A DNA stretch of 64,000 nt from Candidatus Saccharimonadota bacterium. GTDB taxonomy: Bacteria; Patescibacteriota; Saccharimonadia; Saccharimonadales; AWTP1-31. Below the pieces are notes generated by a model. That model had not been told where the DNA came from, made no database searches, and worked only from the letters and a program-made list of their open reading frames with translations. The stretch is taken from contig JBPOHZ010000015.1 in assembly GCA_052034955.1 (NCBI GenBank), positions 26,998 to 90,997 of the forward strand, in the 5' to 3' direction. This document shows, piece after piece, positions 37,010 through 47,551 of the stretch (within the stretch, counting starts at the first letter, position 1; each line of letters starts with the position of its first letter). Position numbers and translations under genes: made by a program.

Positions 37010-39305
37010 CATGACACGAACTAGAAAATTACTTGCTATTTTTAGCCTGACTCTCGGATTTCTGGGTGTCTTTAACCTAACCCATTCGCCAAAAGTATCG
37101 GCTTTAGGCTGTTACCCGGGTGCGAATGCCGCTTACTTCAACGCGACAGTGGCGGTAAGGGTTCTAAACCCAGACGGCTCCTTTAGGAAGTGGTCAAATG
37201 ATTTCAACTTTAGAGCAACCGCGGCAGATCCTAAGCCCTTCGGTAATAAATGGCATGTGCCAGAAAACGGTATTGCATGGAGTGGAAGGCCTGGCTTTCC
37301 AACCAACACAGCCGACTTTAACGCCAGGGCTGGGGGAGCGGGTACAGAGTCATGCCCGACATGGGACGGTACCAATGCAACGACATTTGTATTCGGTGAT
37401 TCTACGGATGGGAAGGCGTACTTGGCCTGTAATTGGGGTTCTTGGGGCGGTGGTGCTGGCAATGATCATGGATTAGCGTTCTTTTTCAATCCACTTAGTA
37501 TCGGCGACGCCGAAGGCTCCGGTTATTGGGTGCCGGGAAGTAATGGTTATGTAGAACCCGGTGGAAGAAGAGATGCCAACAATCAAACCGCAGTTATAAC
37601 TTTTGTTTATCAACTGACATCGGTAGAGAATGAGCCTCAGGGTAACTTAGAGCAGGCCGATTGTAATGCGATTTCCGGGTGGGCAAAGGACTTAGACGCT
37701 TGGGGCGGCAGGGTAGAAGTACACATGTACTTTGATGGCCCTCCTGGGGTGGGTAGGGGGCTGAACATAGGCCTTACCAATCTTGACAGGCCTGATGTTG
37801 GTGGGCTGAACGGATTCTCTATTTCAGCTTCCGACCCAAGGATACCGGTAGATCTGTTTGATGGAGATAATCATACCGTTAATGTTTATGCTATTAACGT
37901 CGGTGGAGGCAATAATCAGCAAGTAAATAACAGCCCAAAGACGATTACTACTTGCTCACCACCAGCGCCTTCGATAAGTACGGCCGATCCGGTGGCCAGT
38001 GCAACATTCTCTCCGGATAGCGAAGATCCTACTTCGGTAACTTTCTCGGCATCAGTAAACATGACAGGCAGGGGCTATACAGTCAGCGCTGCGCGATATT
38101 ACTACTACATTAAGTCCGGAACGCTAACAGAGATAACAATAAATCGGTCAGATCTAGTTGCGTCACCATCGAGCAACCCTATCTCACAGAATATAACGGC
38201 ATCGACTAACTTTGGTGGAATAGTAACCATGGTAAATCCAGTATCAAAACTAGGTTTGGACGTCGGGGATCGGATATGTGTTAGGACTGCGGTGGATAAG
38301 TCGCAGGTCTCCATAAACTATAGAGGTACGGAGTCCACTCTGTCAGGAAGTAAGGACACTGCTAATCAGGGCTGTGTACGACTGGACAATAAACCGTATC
38401 TTTCGGTATATGGTAGTGATGTGAAAGCCGGGGGTGATATATCGGGACCTACATGCAATTATAGTAATGGCTCTATTAGCGCTTACACCAAAGGGGGTAC
38501 AAGAGGTAGCGGAGTTCAGCTGGCCGCTTTTGCCATGGGATCTGCAGGAAATATCTCTAACTTCAACACGGCTTTCAATAGAACTAGCTACCCATTACCA
38601 CCAGCCGATTTACAAGTATCAAGATATGGAATGAACAGTGGTGCTTGTATCCATGACTATTATCAAGATAGAAATACTACACCCTGGACGGGATTAAATG
38701 CATCGACAGAAGGCAAGTACTTTGTAGACGGCAGCATCACTCTTCCGGCTATGAATATTGGCGAAGATCAACACGTCTACCTATACGTAAAAGGCAACGT
38801 CACCATTAATGGACCGATTACTATGGATACCGGTCCATGGAGTGATAAATCAAAGATGCCGTCTCTGTACATTGTGTCCAACGGAAATATATACATAGAC
38901 AATGACGTTACAAAATTAGCTGGTACCTTTGTAGCGCAGCAAACAGGCAAGAAGATATACACCTGTTCAGAGGGTTCAAATCCTTACGAACTTAGTGAGG
39001 TCGACCAGATGTTTAATAGCTGTGGTAAACAATTGGTCGTTGATGGTGCATTTATAGCCAAGCAGGTTATCTTTGGTCGGACGTTCGGCACACTCAGGAA
39101 GAGTGGCTCAGACAATCCATATGGATCAAGCTCAGACAAGAATTGTTCTAGCAGTGTAACAGGGCAGTCCACTAACACCTGTGCTGCCGAAGTATTTAGG
39201 TTCAATCCGGTTCTTTATTTGGCTGAATCGCCAATATCTACCGAGTCTATAACCGGTTCATCTTCTGACTACGAGTTTGCTAGTAGTTTACCGCCATTAC
39301 TTTAG
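36999..39305 (+). CDS. Large secreted protein, putative pilus-associated adhesin 2
   Basis: Signal peptide (..KVSA-L), an Ig-like ISGWAKD...RPDV...HTVNVYA module, and the shared C-terminal region ending LPPLL. Confidence 0.75.
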   Translation: MLNNMTRTRKLLAIFSLTLGFLGVFNLTHSPKVSALGCYPGANAAYFNATVAVRVLNPDGSFRKWSNDFNFRATAADPKPFGNKWHVPENGIAWSGRPGFPTNTADFNARAGGAGTESCPTWDGTNATTFVFGDSTDGKAYLACNWGSWGGGAGNDHGLAFFFNPLSIGDAEGSGYWVPGSNGYVEPGGRRDANNQTAVITFVYQLTSVENEPQGNLEQADCNAISGWAKDLDAWGGRVEVHMYFDGPPGVGRGLNIGLTNLDRPDVGGLNGFSISASDPRIPVDLFDGDNHTVNVYAINVGGGNNQQVNNSPKTITTCSPPAPSISTADPVASATFSPDSEDPTSVTFSASVNMTGRGYTVSAARYYYYIKSGTLTEITINRSDLVASPSSNPISQNITASTNFGGIVTMVNPVSKLGLDVGDRICVRTAVDKSQVSINYRGTESTLSGSKDTANQGCVRLDNKPYLSVYGSDVKAGGDISGPTCNYSNGSISAYTKGGTRGSGVQLAAFAMGSAGNISNFNTAFNRTSYPLPPADLQVSRYGMNSGACIHDYYQDRNTTPWTGLNASTEGKYFVDGSITLPAMNIGEDQHVYLYVKGNVTINGPITMDTGPWSDKSKMPSLYIVSNGNIYIDNDVTKLAGTFVAQQTGKKIYTCSEGSNPYELSEVDQMFNSCGKQLVVDGAFIAKQVIFGRTFGTLRKSGSDNPYGSSSDKNCSSSVTGQSTNTCAAEVFRFNPVLYLAESPISTESITGSSSDYEFASSLPPLL

Positions 39306-39354
39306 GATATAAGCTTGCACAATTAGAAGTTGCTTATGCTATAATTTAAGGAAT

Positions 39355-40395
39355 ATGAGCATACTGAGTGGGGTAAGTGAATTCTTTGGCCTCGACATAG
39401 GCACCACCGCTGTTCGATTAGTTGAGTTGCATAACTCAGGAAAATCGAAGGCGTTAGTTAAGTACGCTTACGTACCAATAGATCCAAACATTGCTATCAG
39501 CGACGCCCAAGGCGACCAACTAAAACTAGCCAATGCAATCAAAGACTTGATTGAACAGTCCAAGGTTACAACCAAGCATGTAGCTGTGGGTGTGCCTTCA
39601 CAGAGGGTGTTCACTACTGTCGTGGATATAGATAGATTGTCCGAGACCGAAATCTCCAAGACTATCCAGTACCAGGCAGACTCGCTTATTCCTACGCCAA
39701 TTATCGACTCTAAAATCGACTGGGCAGTAATTGGCGATTCACCAAAAGACAAAGCTAAAGTAGAAGTACTTCTTACCAGTGTAACTAACGACTTTATCGA
39801 ACAAAGGCTTGATATGCTGGAATCGATTGGTCTCAATGTTATAGCCTTTGAACCAGATCATTTAGCGCTTTCACGGGCAGTAATTCCTTTTGGCACAAAC
39901 GCAGCCCAGATGGTTGTCGATATAGGCAATAGGGCAACTGATATCGTTGTGTGCATGAATGGCGCGCCTCACTTAGCAAGAGCTATACCAACTGGTAGCG
40001 AAGCAATTATCCGGGCAGCTATTCAGAATCTAAGTATCGACGAAAAACAGGCGCAACAGTTTGTTAATAAATTTGGACTCAGCAAAGACAAGCTAGAGGG
40101 TCAGATTTATAATGCCATCATTGGGACTATAGATATTCTAGCCACCGAGATAGAGAAGTCGATCAAGTTTTTCCAGGCTCGTTATCCAGAGGTCAAGATC
40201 GAGAGAATCATTATGACTGGCGGCGCATCGGCGTTACCAGATTTTCCACTGTATATAGCCAATAAGTTTGGCCTTAACGTCGAAATAGGCAACGCTTGGA
40301 GGAATGTATCCTTCCCGGCAGATCGACAGGCGGAATTATTAGCTGCCTCCAACCATTTTGGGGTTGCAGCAGGCCTAGCGGAGCGTGATTCATGA
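39355..40395 (+). CDS. pilM: Type IV pilus assembly protein PilM
   Basis: FGLDIGTTAVR actin-like fold, VVDIG, MTGGAS and AAGLA. Confidence 0.95.
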   Translation: MSILSGVSEFFGLDIGTTAVRLVELHNSGKSKALVKYAYVPIDPNIAISDAQGDQLKLANAIKDLIEQSKVTTKHVAVGVPSQRVFTTVVDIDRLSETEISKTIQYQADSLIPTPIIDSKIDWAVIGDSPKDKAKVEVLLTSVTNDFIEQRLDMLESIGLNVIAFEPDHLALSRAVIPFGTNAAQMVVDIGNRATDIVVCMNGAPHLARAIPTGSEAIIRAAIQNLSIDEKQAQQFVNKFGLSKDKLEGQIYNAIIGTIDILATEIEKSIKFFQARYPEVKIERIIMTGGASALPDFPLYIANKFGLNVEIGNAWRNVSFPADRQAELLAASNHFGVAAGLAERDS

Positions 40396-41087
40396 TTCAG
40401 TTCAACCTACTTCCAGATGTAAAACAAGAATACCTAAAGGCAAGGCGCCAGAAGCACTCGGTTATTGTCATATCTTTGCTGGTGGCTGCATCGTCTTTGT
40501 TCATTTTCATAATGCTGCTAATGACTGTCTATGTCTTTCAGACTGATCATCTTAAGAAAGTAGACAATGATATTGCAGCTAAAACAAAAATTCTAAAAGA
40601 CACACAGGACTTGGATAAGATCTTAACTATCCAAAATCAGCTTGTCAGCCTACCGGGATTACACAGCAAGAAACCAGAGACCAGTCGGCTATTTAAGTTC
40701 ATATCACAAACTACTCCAGCAGAGGCCAGCGTTGGCAAAATTGATCTAGATTTTGCCACCAATTCGATTCAGATTACTGGCACCTCGGATAGCCTAGGAA
40801 CTGTTAATAAATATATCGATACCCTAAAGTTCACAACATATCAGATTGCCGGCGATTCCAAAACCGATTCGAAACCCTTTGGTAAGGTGGTGATGTCCGG
40901 GTTTACCAGAACTCCAGAAGGTGCAACATTCCAGATTAGCATGAACTTTGATATCGAGATATTCGATGTAACCAACAATGTTACGCTGGTCGTTCCAAAG
41001 AGCATTACAACAAGGTCTGAAACAGAGAAACCAAAGGAATTGTTCAAAGCCATTCCGGAACGTAAGCAAAATGGGGAAAATCAGTAA
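40392..41087 (+). CDS. pilN: PilN-like protein
   Basis: N-terminal FNLLP PilM-binding motif, TM and coiled coil. Confidence 0.85.
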   Translation: MIQFNLLPDVKQEYLKARRQKHSVIVISLLVAASSLFIFIMLLMTVYVFQTDHLKKVDNDIAAKTKILKDTQDLDKILTIQNQLVSLPGLHSKKPETSRLFKFISQTTPAEASVGKIDLDFATNSIQITGTSDSLGTVNKYIDTLKFTTYQIAGDSKTDSKPFGKVVMSGFTRTPEGATFQISMNFDIEIFDVTNNVTLVVPKSITTRSETEKPKELFKAIPERKQNGENQ

Positions 41088-41761
41088 TGGCTAAATTTCA
41101 ACTAACAACCAAGAAAGTCCAGATAGATAAAGCGCAAGCGACGATTGTAGCTACAATCGGCATCGCTGTATTTGTTACTGTCTTCTCATTAGTATCATCC
41201 AAGTCTTTGTGGACTCAACGTACATACCAGGCCAAGGTTATATCAAAGAAAGAAGCGGCACGAGATCAGCTGATAACCAATGTAGAGTCGGTTAGGGGCT
41301 TAGTCACATCCTATAAGCAATTCGTTAATTCATCTACAAATATAATCGATGGAAACCCTTCCGGAAATGGCGAACGCGATGGTGATAACGCCCGGCTGGT
41401 ACTAGATGCGCTACCAAGCAAATACGATTTTCCAGCTCTAACTTCCAGTCTCGAAAAAATTCTAACCGATAGAAATTTCAAGATAGATGGAATTACAGGT
41501 GTTGACGACGAAGTCGCCCAGTCGGCAGTTTCCGAGAGTGGAGCGCCAACTCCTATAGAGATGCCTTTCCAGGTAAGCGTTGATAGCTCCCAGAGCGCAA
41601 TAGAGGAACTAGTAAAGGTGCTGGAAAAGTCTATCCGACCTTTTAATGTTCAAAAGATGACACTTCTTGCAGAAGAGGGCTCCCTAAAGATGACGGCCGA
41701 TATAAAGACTTACTTCCAACCAGAGAAGACTCTTAATACCAGGAAAGAGGTTGTAAAGTAA
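41087..41761 (+). CDS. pilO: PilO-like protein
   Basis: TM, coiled coil, ALPSKYDFP and LEKSIRP; follows pilN. Confidence 0.8.
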   Translation: MAKFQLTTKKVQIDKAQATIVATIGIAVFVTVFSLVSSKSLWTQRTYQAKVISKKEAARDQLITNVESVRGLVTSYKQFVNSSTNIIDGNPSGNGERDGDNARLVLDALPSKYDFPALTSSLEKILTDRNFKIDGITGVDDEVAQSAVSESGAPTPIEMPFQVSVDSSQSAIEELVKVLEKSIRPFNVQKMTLLAEEGSLKMTADIKTYFQPEKTLNTRKEVVK

Positions 41762-42015
41762 TGAAACAAAAAGACATCGCAACTTTTATGGTCGTAGGAA
41801 TTATCAGCGCTATTATATCCGTTGCCTTATCAAACTTGATCATCACTCCCTCCAAGATTAAATCTCAGGAAGCAGAGATCGTAGAGCCTATTACATCTAC
41901 TTTTCCGGTTCCTACCAGCAAGGATAAGTTTTTCAACAAGGACTCTATTAACCCTACTAAGTTGATCCAAATTGGCGAAGACAATAACGAAACTCCATTT
42001 GGGCCATCAAACTAA
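41761..42015 (+). CDS. Small single-TM pilus-locus protein
   Basis: 84 aa with N-terminal TM; occupies the position after pilO. Confidence 0.7.
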   Translation: MKQKDIATFMVVGIISAIISVALSNLIITPSKIKSQEAEIVEPITSTFPVPTSKDKFFNKDSINPTKLIQIGEDNNETPFGPSN

Positions 42016-42034
42016 AAGACAAGAGGAGCTCTAG

Positions 42035-43831
42035 TTGAGTGTTCTATCAGCAACAGTTCAAAAGCAGGTCGAAGAGGACTTTATAGACCAGGGTTTAATT
42101 ACCCCAGAACAACTTGAAGAGCTGCATAAGAAAGCCGAGTCGCTCAACAGCCCGATCCTCAGTCTATTGGTCAGCGAAGGGGTAGTCACCGACGAAGATC
42201 TAACTAGGACGACTGCCAAGGTTGCAAATGTTCCATATGTTAATCTAAGCACTGCCAAAATTGACGCCGATGTATTGGCGTTATTGTCACAGGAGATAGC
42301 CGAAAGATATATGGCCGTACCATTAGGCGAGATGCAACACCGTTTAGTGGTTGCCATGCTGGACGCAGATAACGTTCAGGCTGCTGACTTTTTAGCCAAC
42401 AAAATTGGTCGACCACTCAGAGTTTACGCGGCCAGCGAGGCCGGAATTAGGAGAATTCTAAAACAATATTCTGAACGTCTCGACAATAAAATGGTCGATC
42501 TTAAGGCGACTGCCGAGGCTGCGGCCACGCAGGATACGGCCGATAAAAAAGCCGAAGACGACAAGAATGCCTCGGTTCAGACTATTGTTCAGGACTCGCC
42601 GATCAGCAAGGCACTGTCTACTATTCTAGAATACGCCGCCAAGAACAGGGCAAGTGATATTCACATTGAACCTCTCGAGAAAGTACTCAAAATCAGGGCC
42701 CGAATCGATGGTGTGCTTCGTGAAATTATGAAGTTACCCAAGAGCACCGAAGCACCGCTGGTATCTCGTATTAAGATTCTGTCCAACCTTAAGATCGACG
42801 AACACCGTATACCACAGGACGGAGGTTTCGCCATTATGGTCGATAACCATGCTATCGATCTTCGTATCGCCATCAGTCCAGTTGTCTGGGGTGAGCAGGT
42901 GGTTATTCGTTTGCTGGACAAAAGCGGTACCAGCCTGAACCTAGACGACATGGGTTATCATGGACGAGCCCTAAGGACCATCAGGGAAGCTCTAAAGCAA
43001 CCAAACGGAATGATTCTAACCAGTGGACCCACTGGTTCGGGTAAGTCTACATCGCTCTACGCTCTTCTGCAGGAGATTAAAGACGACACCATTAACATCG
43101 TTACCCTGGAAGATCCTGTTGAATACAAAATGCAGGGTATCAACCAGATTCAGGTTAATGCCGAAGTTGGACTAACATTCGCTAACGGGCTAAGGTCTAT
43201 CCTGCGTCAAGACCCCGATGTTGTGATGGTTGGGGAAATTCGTGATAAAGAAACTGCCCAGCTGGCTGTTCAGGCTGCTCTAACTGGACACTTAGTGTTT
43301 AGCACTCTTCACACCAACTCGGCCGCCGGAATTCTGCCTCGTTTGTTAGATATGGGTATTGAGCCCTTCCTTATCGCCAGTACCGTCCACACCGTTATTG
43401 GTCAGCGATTAGTGCGCAGAACATCCGACCAAAAGACTACTTATCAGTCCGACAAGGCCGAAACAGCTGCCATTCAAGCAACACTCGGCGCTTTATTGCC
43501 AGCCACGGCTGCAGATCAGGCCAAGGCCGCCCAAGATTTAGGCTACGATAACTTGCCACTGGCTACCCAAAACGCTTATACTTTATTCAAGGGCGTAGAT
43601 GCTCCCGAAACACCCGGTGGGTATAAGGGGCGGATGGGATTATACGAAGTCTTCGAGATTAGTGAAGCCATCCAGGATCTTATCCTCAAGCGGTCCACAA
43701 GCGCCGAAATACAGAAGGCTGCTAGGGCCGAGGGCATGGTAACCATGCGCGAAGACGGATATTTAAAAGCATTAACAGGCCAAACAACTATATCCGAGAT
43801 CAATCGGGTAGCAGCAACAGATAGCGCATAA
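42035..43831 (+). CDS. pilB: Type IV pilus extension ATPase PilB (GspE/PulE family)
   Basis: ASDIHIEP, RIPQDG, GPTGSGKST, LRQDPD and TLHTN; TTG start after GAGGAG. Confidence 0.95.
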   Translation: MSVLSATVQKQVEEDFIDQGLITPEQLEELHKKAESLNSPILSLLVSEGVVTDEDLTRTTAKVANVPYVNLSTAKIDADVLALLSQEIAERYMAVPLGEMQHRLVVAMLDADNVQAADFLANKIGRPLRVYAASEAGIRRILKQYSERLDNKMVDLKATAEAAATQDTADKKAEDDKNASVQTIVQDSPISKALSTILEYAAKNRASDIHIEPLEKVLKIRARIDGVLREIMKLPKSTEAPLVSRIKILSNLKIDEHRIPQDGGFAIMVDNHAIDLRIAISPVVWGEQVVIRLLDKSGTSLNLDDMGYHGRALRTIREALKQPNGMILTSGPTGSGKSTSLYALLQEIKDDTINIVTLEDPVEYKMQGINQIQVNAEVGLTFANGLRSILRQDPDVVMVGEIRDKETAQLAVQAALTGHLVFSTLHTNSAAGILPRLLDMGIEPFLIASTVHTVIGQRLVRRTSDQKTTYQSDKAETAAIQATLGALLPATAADQAKAAQDLGYDNLPLATQNAYTLFKGVDAPETPGGYKGRMGLYEVFEISEAIQDLILKRSTSAEIQKAARAEGMVTMREDGYLKALTGQTTISEINRVAATDSA

Positions 43832-43859
43832 GACGCAAACATAAAGGGATAGGGAACAA

Positions 43860-44921
43860 ATGCAACCACGAATCGAGATTTTACTAGAAGAGGTCATCAA
43901 GAAGAAAGCTTCCGACCTTCACCTTCAAGTTGGCTTGCCACCTATGCTTCGTGTTGACGGCGCACTTGCACCAGTAAACGGCACCGAACCCCTCACCGAA
44001 GAAACTGTTGAATCTTTGGTGTTTGCAATTCTAGACGAAGATCAAAAACAGATTTTATTAAAAGACAAAGAATTCGACTTTTCATTTGCCTTTGGTGACC
44101 TGGGTCGTTTCCGTGTTAACGCTTTCCATGAACGAGGCAACTTAGCCGCCGCACTTCGTTTAATTCCTAACGAGATTCTTAGCATCGAACAGCTTGGCTT
44201 GCCGCCAATAGTAAATAAGTTTGCCGATTACCCTCGAGGATTAGTTCTGGTTACCGGGCCAACCGGATCAGGTAAATCAACTTCATTGGCAGCTATGGTT
44301 AATAAGATCAACCACGAACGATCAACTCATATCGTAACCATCGAAGATCCAATCGAATTTACCCATAAGTCAATCAAGTCGGTCATCGTTCAGAGGGAAG
44401 TCCACTACGATACATATTCTTTCTCGGCTGCGCTTCGATCAAGCCTTCGTCAAGATCCTGATGTGGTACTCATCGGAGAAATGCGTGACCTAGAAACTAT
44501 TAGCTCAGCCATAACCATCGCCGAAACCGGACACTTAGTTTTTGCTACTCTTCACACTAACTCGGCAGCACAGAGCATTGACCGTATGATAGATGTTTTT
44601 CCGCCACACCAACAGCCACAGATTCGATCCCAGTTAGCTAACATCTTGATGGCTATCTGTTCACAGCGTCTCATTCCAGCTATTGGTGGTGGACGTATGG
44701 CTGCAGCCGAGATTCTGGTAGCAACACCAGCTGTGCGTAACATAATCCGCGAAGGTAAAAGCCACCAGCTAGAAGCCGTTATTCAGACCGGTGCTGAGTT
44801 CGGAATGCAGTCTATGGACAAAACGCTGGTATCTCTTATCCATAACGGAACCATAACTTACGAAGAAGCTCGTAACTATGCCGTTGACCTCGACGAACTA
44901 GATAGGTTAATGAGAAGCTAA
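43860..44921 (+). CDS. pilT: Type IV pilus retraction ATPase PilT
   Basis: ASDLHL, GPTGSGKST, EDPIE, AVRNIIRE and GMQSMD. Confidence 0.97.
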   Translation: MQPRIEILLEEVIKKKASDLHLQVGLPPMLRVDGALAPVNGTEPLTEETVESLVFAILDEDQKQILLKDKEFDFSFAFGDLGRFRVNAFHERGNLAAALRLIPNEILSIEQLGLPPIVNKFADYPRGLVLVTGPTGSGKSTSLAAMVNKINHERSTHIVTIEDPIEFTHKSIKSVIVQREVHYDTYSFSAALRSSLRQDPDVVLIGEMRDLETISSAITIAETGHLVFATLHTNSAAQSIDRMIDVFPPHQQPQIRSQLANILMAICSQRLIPAIGGGRMAAAEILVATPAVRNIIREGKSHQLEAVIQTGAEFGMQSMDKTLVSLIHNGTITYEEARNYAVDLDELDRLMRS

Positions 44922-44922
44922 A

Positions 44923-46140
44923 ATGCAGACTTTCGAATATATAGCACGCGATAGCAAAAGTGGCCAGAAGGTCAAGTCTACTGTTTCTGCTGATAGCGAA
45001 CAGGCTGCCGCAAAGCTGATTCGGGACCAAGGATTGGCCCCTTTGAATATAAAGCTGGATAAAGTCGAATCAAACGGAATAAGCGGATTCTTTAACAGGA
45101 TTAAAACCGCCGATAAGGTGCTATTTTCTCGACAACTTTCTACCTTGATTAATGCTGGACTTCCTTTGGTGCAAAGCCTAAGGAGTGTAGCCAGCCAGAC
45201 GCAGAACAAGACCCTGCATTCGGTTATCAACCAGATTATCTCAGACGTCGAGGGCGGTACGGCTTTATCGGTAGCTTTTGGTCGACATCCTAAGGCCTTT
45301 AATAAAGTCTTTATTAGTATGGTGGCAGCCGGTGAAGCATCCGGAACACTCGACAAGGCATTAGAGCGTTTGGCAAACCAGCAAGAGAAAGACGCCGAGA
45401 TACTCAGTAAGGTTAGGGGAGCTCTAATCTACCCTGCGGTTGTGATGTTCGTCATGTTCGGCGTAATCGGATTTATGGTGGTCAAGGTTCTGCCCCAAGT
45501 CGAGACTCTATATAAAGACCTTCCCGGAGCCCAGCTCCCAATCCTGACTAGAATGCTACTTGCTCTTTCCCACGCGATTATTAGCTATTGGTGGATCTTT
45601 ATAATTGTCATTTTGTTCCTGGCAGTATTTACCGGACGATGGGCCAGAACGGTAGCCGGTAAGCAGGTGATTGATAAGCTCAAGATGACTATGTGGCCGG
45701 TAGGACCGTTATTTATGAAGCTCTATATGGCTCGTTTTGCTCGAACAGGTGCCACACTTGTAAGTAGTGGTGTGCCGCTGCTTCAGATGCTTCAAATTAC
45801 GGGTGACGCTATCAGCAACGTTCATGTCGAAAAGTCTTTGTCGCAGGCCTCGGAAAAAGTTAAAGGTGGTAAGGCATTGTCTGAAGCCCTAGAAGGAGAC
45901 CCCAACTTCCTGATTCTGGTGCCAAATATGTTAAGGATCGGAGAACAATCAGGTGCCTTAGAGTCAATGCTCGAGAAAATTGCTGACTACTACGAAAAGG
46001 AAGTCGACACCCAAATCCGCAATATATCTAGCATCATCGAGCCAGTCTTGATGGTAATACTTGGTGTTTTCGCCTTTATAATCGTCGCAGCCGTTCTTTT
46101 GCCGATCTATGGCCTCGCCGGGCAGAATATAATCAGCTAA
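44923..46140 (+). CDS. pilC: Type IV pilus platform protein PilC (GspF family)
   Basis: FSRQLSTLINAGLP, GEASG, ALIYP, GEQSG and IEP. Confidence 0.96.
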   Translation: MQTFEYIARDSKSGQKVKSTVSADSEQAAAKLIRDQGLAPLNIKLDKVESNGISGFFNRIKTADKVLFSRQLSTLINAGLPLVQSLRSVASQTQNKTLHSVINQIISDVEGGTALSVAFGRHPKAFNKVFISMVAAGEASGTLDKALERLANQQEKDAEILSKVRGALIYPAVVMFVMFGVIGFMVVKVLPQVETLYKDLPGAQLPILTRMLLALSHAIISYWWIFIIVILFLAVFTGRWARTVAGKQVIDKLKMTMWPVGPLFMKLYMARFARTGATLVSSGVPLLQMLQITGDAISNVHVEKSLSQASEKVKGGKALSEALEGDPNFLILVPNMLRIGEQSGALESMLEKIADYYEKEVDTQIRNISSIIEPVLMVILGVFAFIIVAAVLLPIYGLAGQNIIS

Positions 46141-46217
46141 ATTGCTTGCATTTTAATCATAAGCATCATATATTTAGATCATCACAATAACGTAACTAAT
46201 GTAGGGGGCATACATAC

Positions 46218-46643
46218 ATGCTACAAAATATAAAAAAACGAACAGAAGGCTTCACAATTATCGAAGTTTTGATCGTCCTAGCAATTGCTGGACTAATCAT
46301 GCTTATCGTGTTCCTAGCAGTTCCAGCTTTACAGCGTAACTCTCGAAACACCGAAATTCGCAACGAAGCATCTCGCTTGGCAACAAGCGCTAACGAATTT
46401 GTTACTAACGCCAACGGTGTCGTACCGGTTGCAGCTGACGTCCCAGCAATTCAAACGTCTGCTGGCCTATCAAGGATTAGTGGCGTGACATTTGGCGCTG
46501 GAACTACAGCAGCAAGAGCTGCTCGATTGGTCGCACCTGGTACTTGTGCCGGCACAACTGCAACTGCTACAGGAGCCCAGGCTCGTCAAGTAGCCATTCA
46601 GTTCGGCCTTGAAGGTGGACAAACAGGTTGTGTCTCAATCTAG
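46218..46643 (+). CDS. pilA: Major type IV pilin
   Basis: Class III signal EG/FTIIEVLIV, C-terminal Cys pair, own RBS and a strong terminator downstream. Confidence 0.9.
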   Translation: MLQNIKKRTEGFTIIEVLIVLAIAGLIMLIVFLAVPALQRNSRNTEIRNEASRLATSANEFVTNANGVVPVAADVPAIQTSAGLSRISGVTFGAGTTAARAARLVAPGTCAGTTATATGAQARQVAIQFGLEGGQTGCVSI

Positions 46644-46662
46644 TAGATAGCAATTAGGTCAC

Positions 46663-46692
46663 AAAAAATAGCCCCCTCGGGGGCTATTTTTT
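46663..46692 (+). terminator. Rho-independent terminator after pilin
   Basis: AAAAAATAGCCCC-CTCG-GGGGCTATTTTTT. Confidence 0.9.
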
Positions 46693-46710
46693 ATATGCTA
46701 GTATAACTAC

Positions 46711-47523
46711 ATGATAATAGTAATGCTTGTTGTTTGGGGGCTATGCCTTGGTAGCTTTGCTAATGCTGCAGTATGGCGTCTGTATAAGCAGTCTAAGGGT
46801 CAAAAAGGTAATAAGTACTCTATCAGTCGAGGCAGATCAATGTGTACTCACTGCAAGCACCTTCTGGCTCCTAAGGACCTTGTTCCGGTATTCAGCTGGC
46901 TTTACCTAAAGGGTAAGTGCAGATATTGCCTTAAGCCAATTCAAGATAATCCTTTACCAGAGCTTATAACCCCGATTCTGTTCTTGGTGTCGTATATCTA
47001 TTGGCCTCATAGCTGGGACGTTTACGGCGTATACTTGTTTGTATTTTGGCTGATTTATATCGTCGGTTTCGTGATTCTGTCATTGTACGATCTACGATGG
47101 TACCTTCTTCCCAACAAGGTAATAGTAGTTTTATCAGTACTTTTTGCCACCCAACTGCTGGGCGAGGTGCTATTTTTTGACCAGACCCCGGGATATCTTA
47201 TCCGAGTTATGGGAGGTAGTTTGGTCGGAGGCGGAATATTCTGGTTAATCTTTCAGGTGTCTAAGGGTAAATGGATTGGTGGCGGGGACGTTAAATTGGG
47301 GGCGCTGCTCGGAGCCGTCTTAGTTGGACCGGTCTTTGCGGCAATGATGATCTTCTTTGCTTCGGTGATTGGAACACTTCTATCTGTACCGCTGTTATTA
47401 AACAAGAAATTAAAAGTAAACTCCAAGCTGCCGTTTGGTCCATTATTAATGACTGCAACAGTAATTGTATATTTATTCGGGCCAAGTTTATGGAGCTGGT
47501 ATCTGTCGAATCTAGGGGTTTAG
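46711..47523 (+). CDS. pilD: Prepilin peptidase
   Basis: GSF, RSMCTHC...GKCRYC, YDL and GGGDVKL, LPFGP. Confidence 0.96.
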   Translation: MIIVMLVVWGLCLGSFANAAVWRLYKQSKGQKGNKYSISRGRSMCTHCKHLLAPKDLVPVFSWLYLKGKCRYCLKPIQDNPLPELITPILFLVSYIYWPHSWDVYGVYLFVFWLIYIVGFVILSLYDLRWYLLPNKVIVVLSVLFATQLLGEVLFFDQTPGYLIRVMGGSLVGGGIFWLIFQVSKGKWIGGGDVKLGALLGAVLVGPVFAAMMIFFASVIGTLLSVPLLLNKKLKVNSKLPFGPLLMTATVIVYLFGPSLWSWYLSNLGV

Positions 47524-47551
47524 AGCACAAGGCTTATGCTATAATGAGCGC

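Noticed and set aside
33982-39305. LPP termini as sortase LPXTG signals, or the paralogues as DGR target/template
   Set aside because: No TM or basic tail follows LPP; there is no reverse transcriptase and no near-identical adenine-variable repeat pair.
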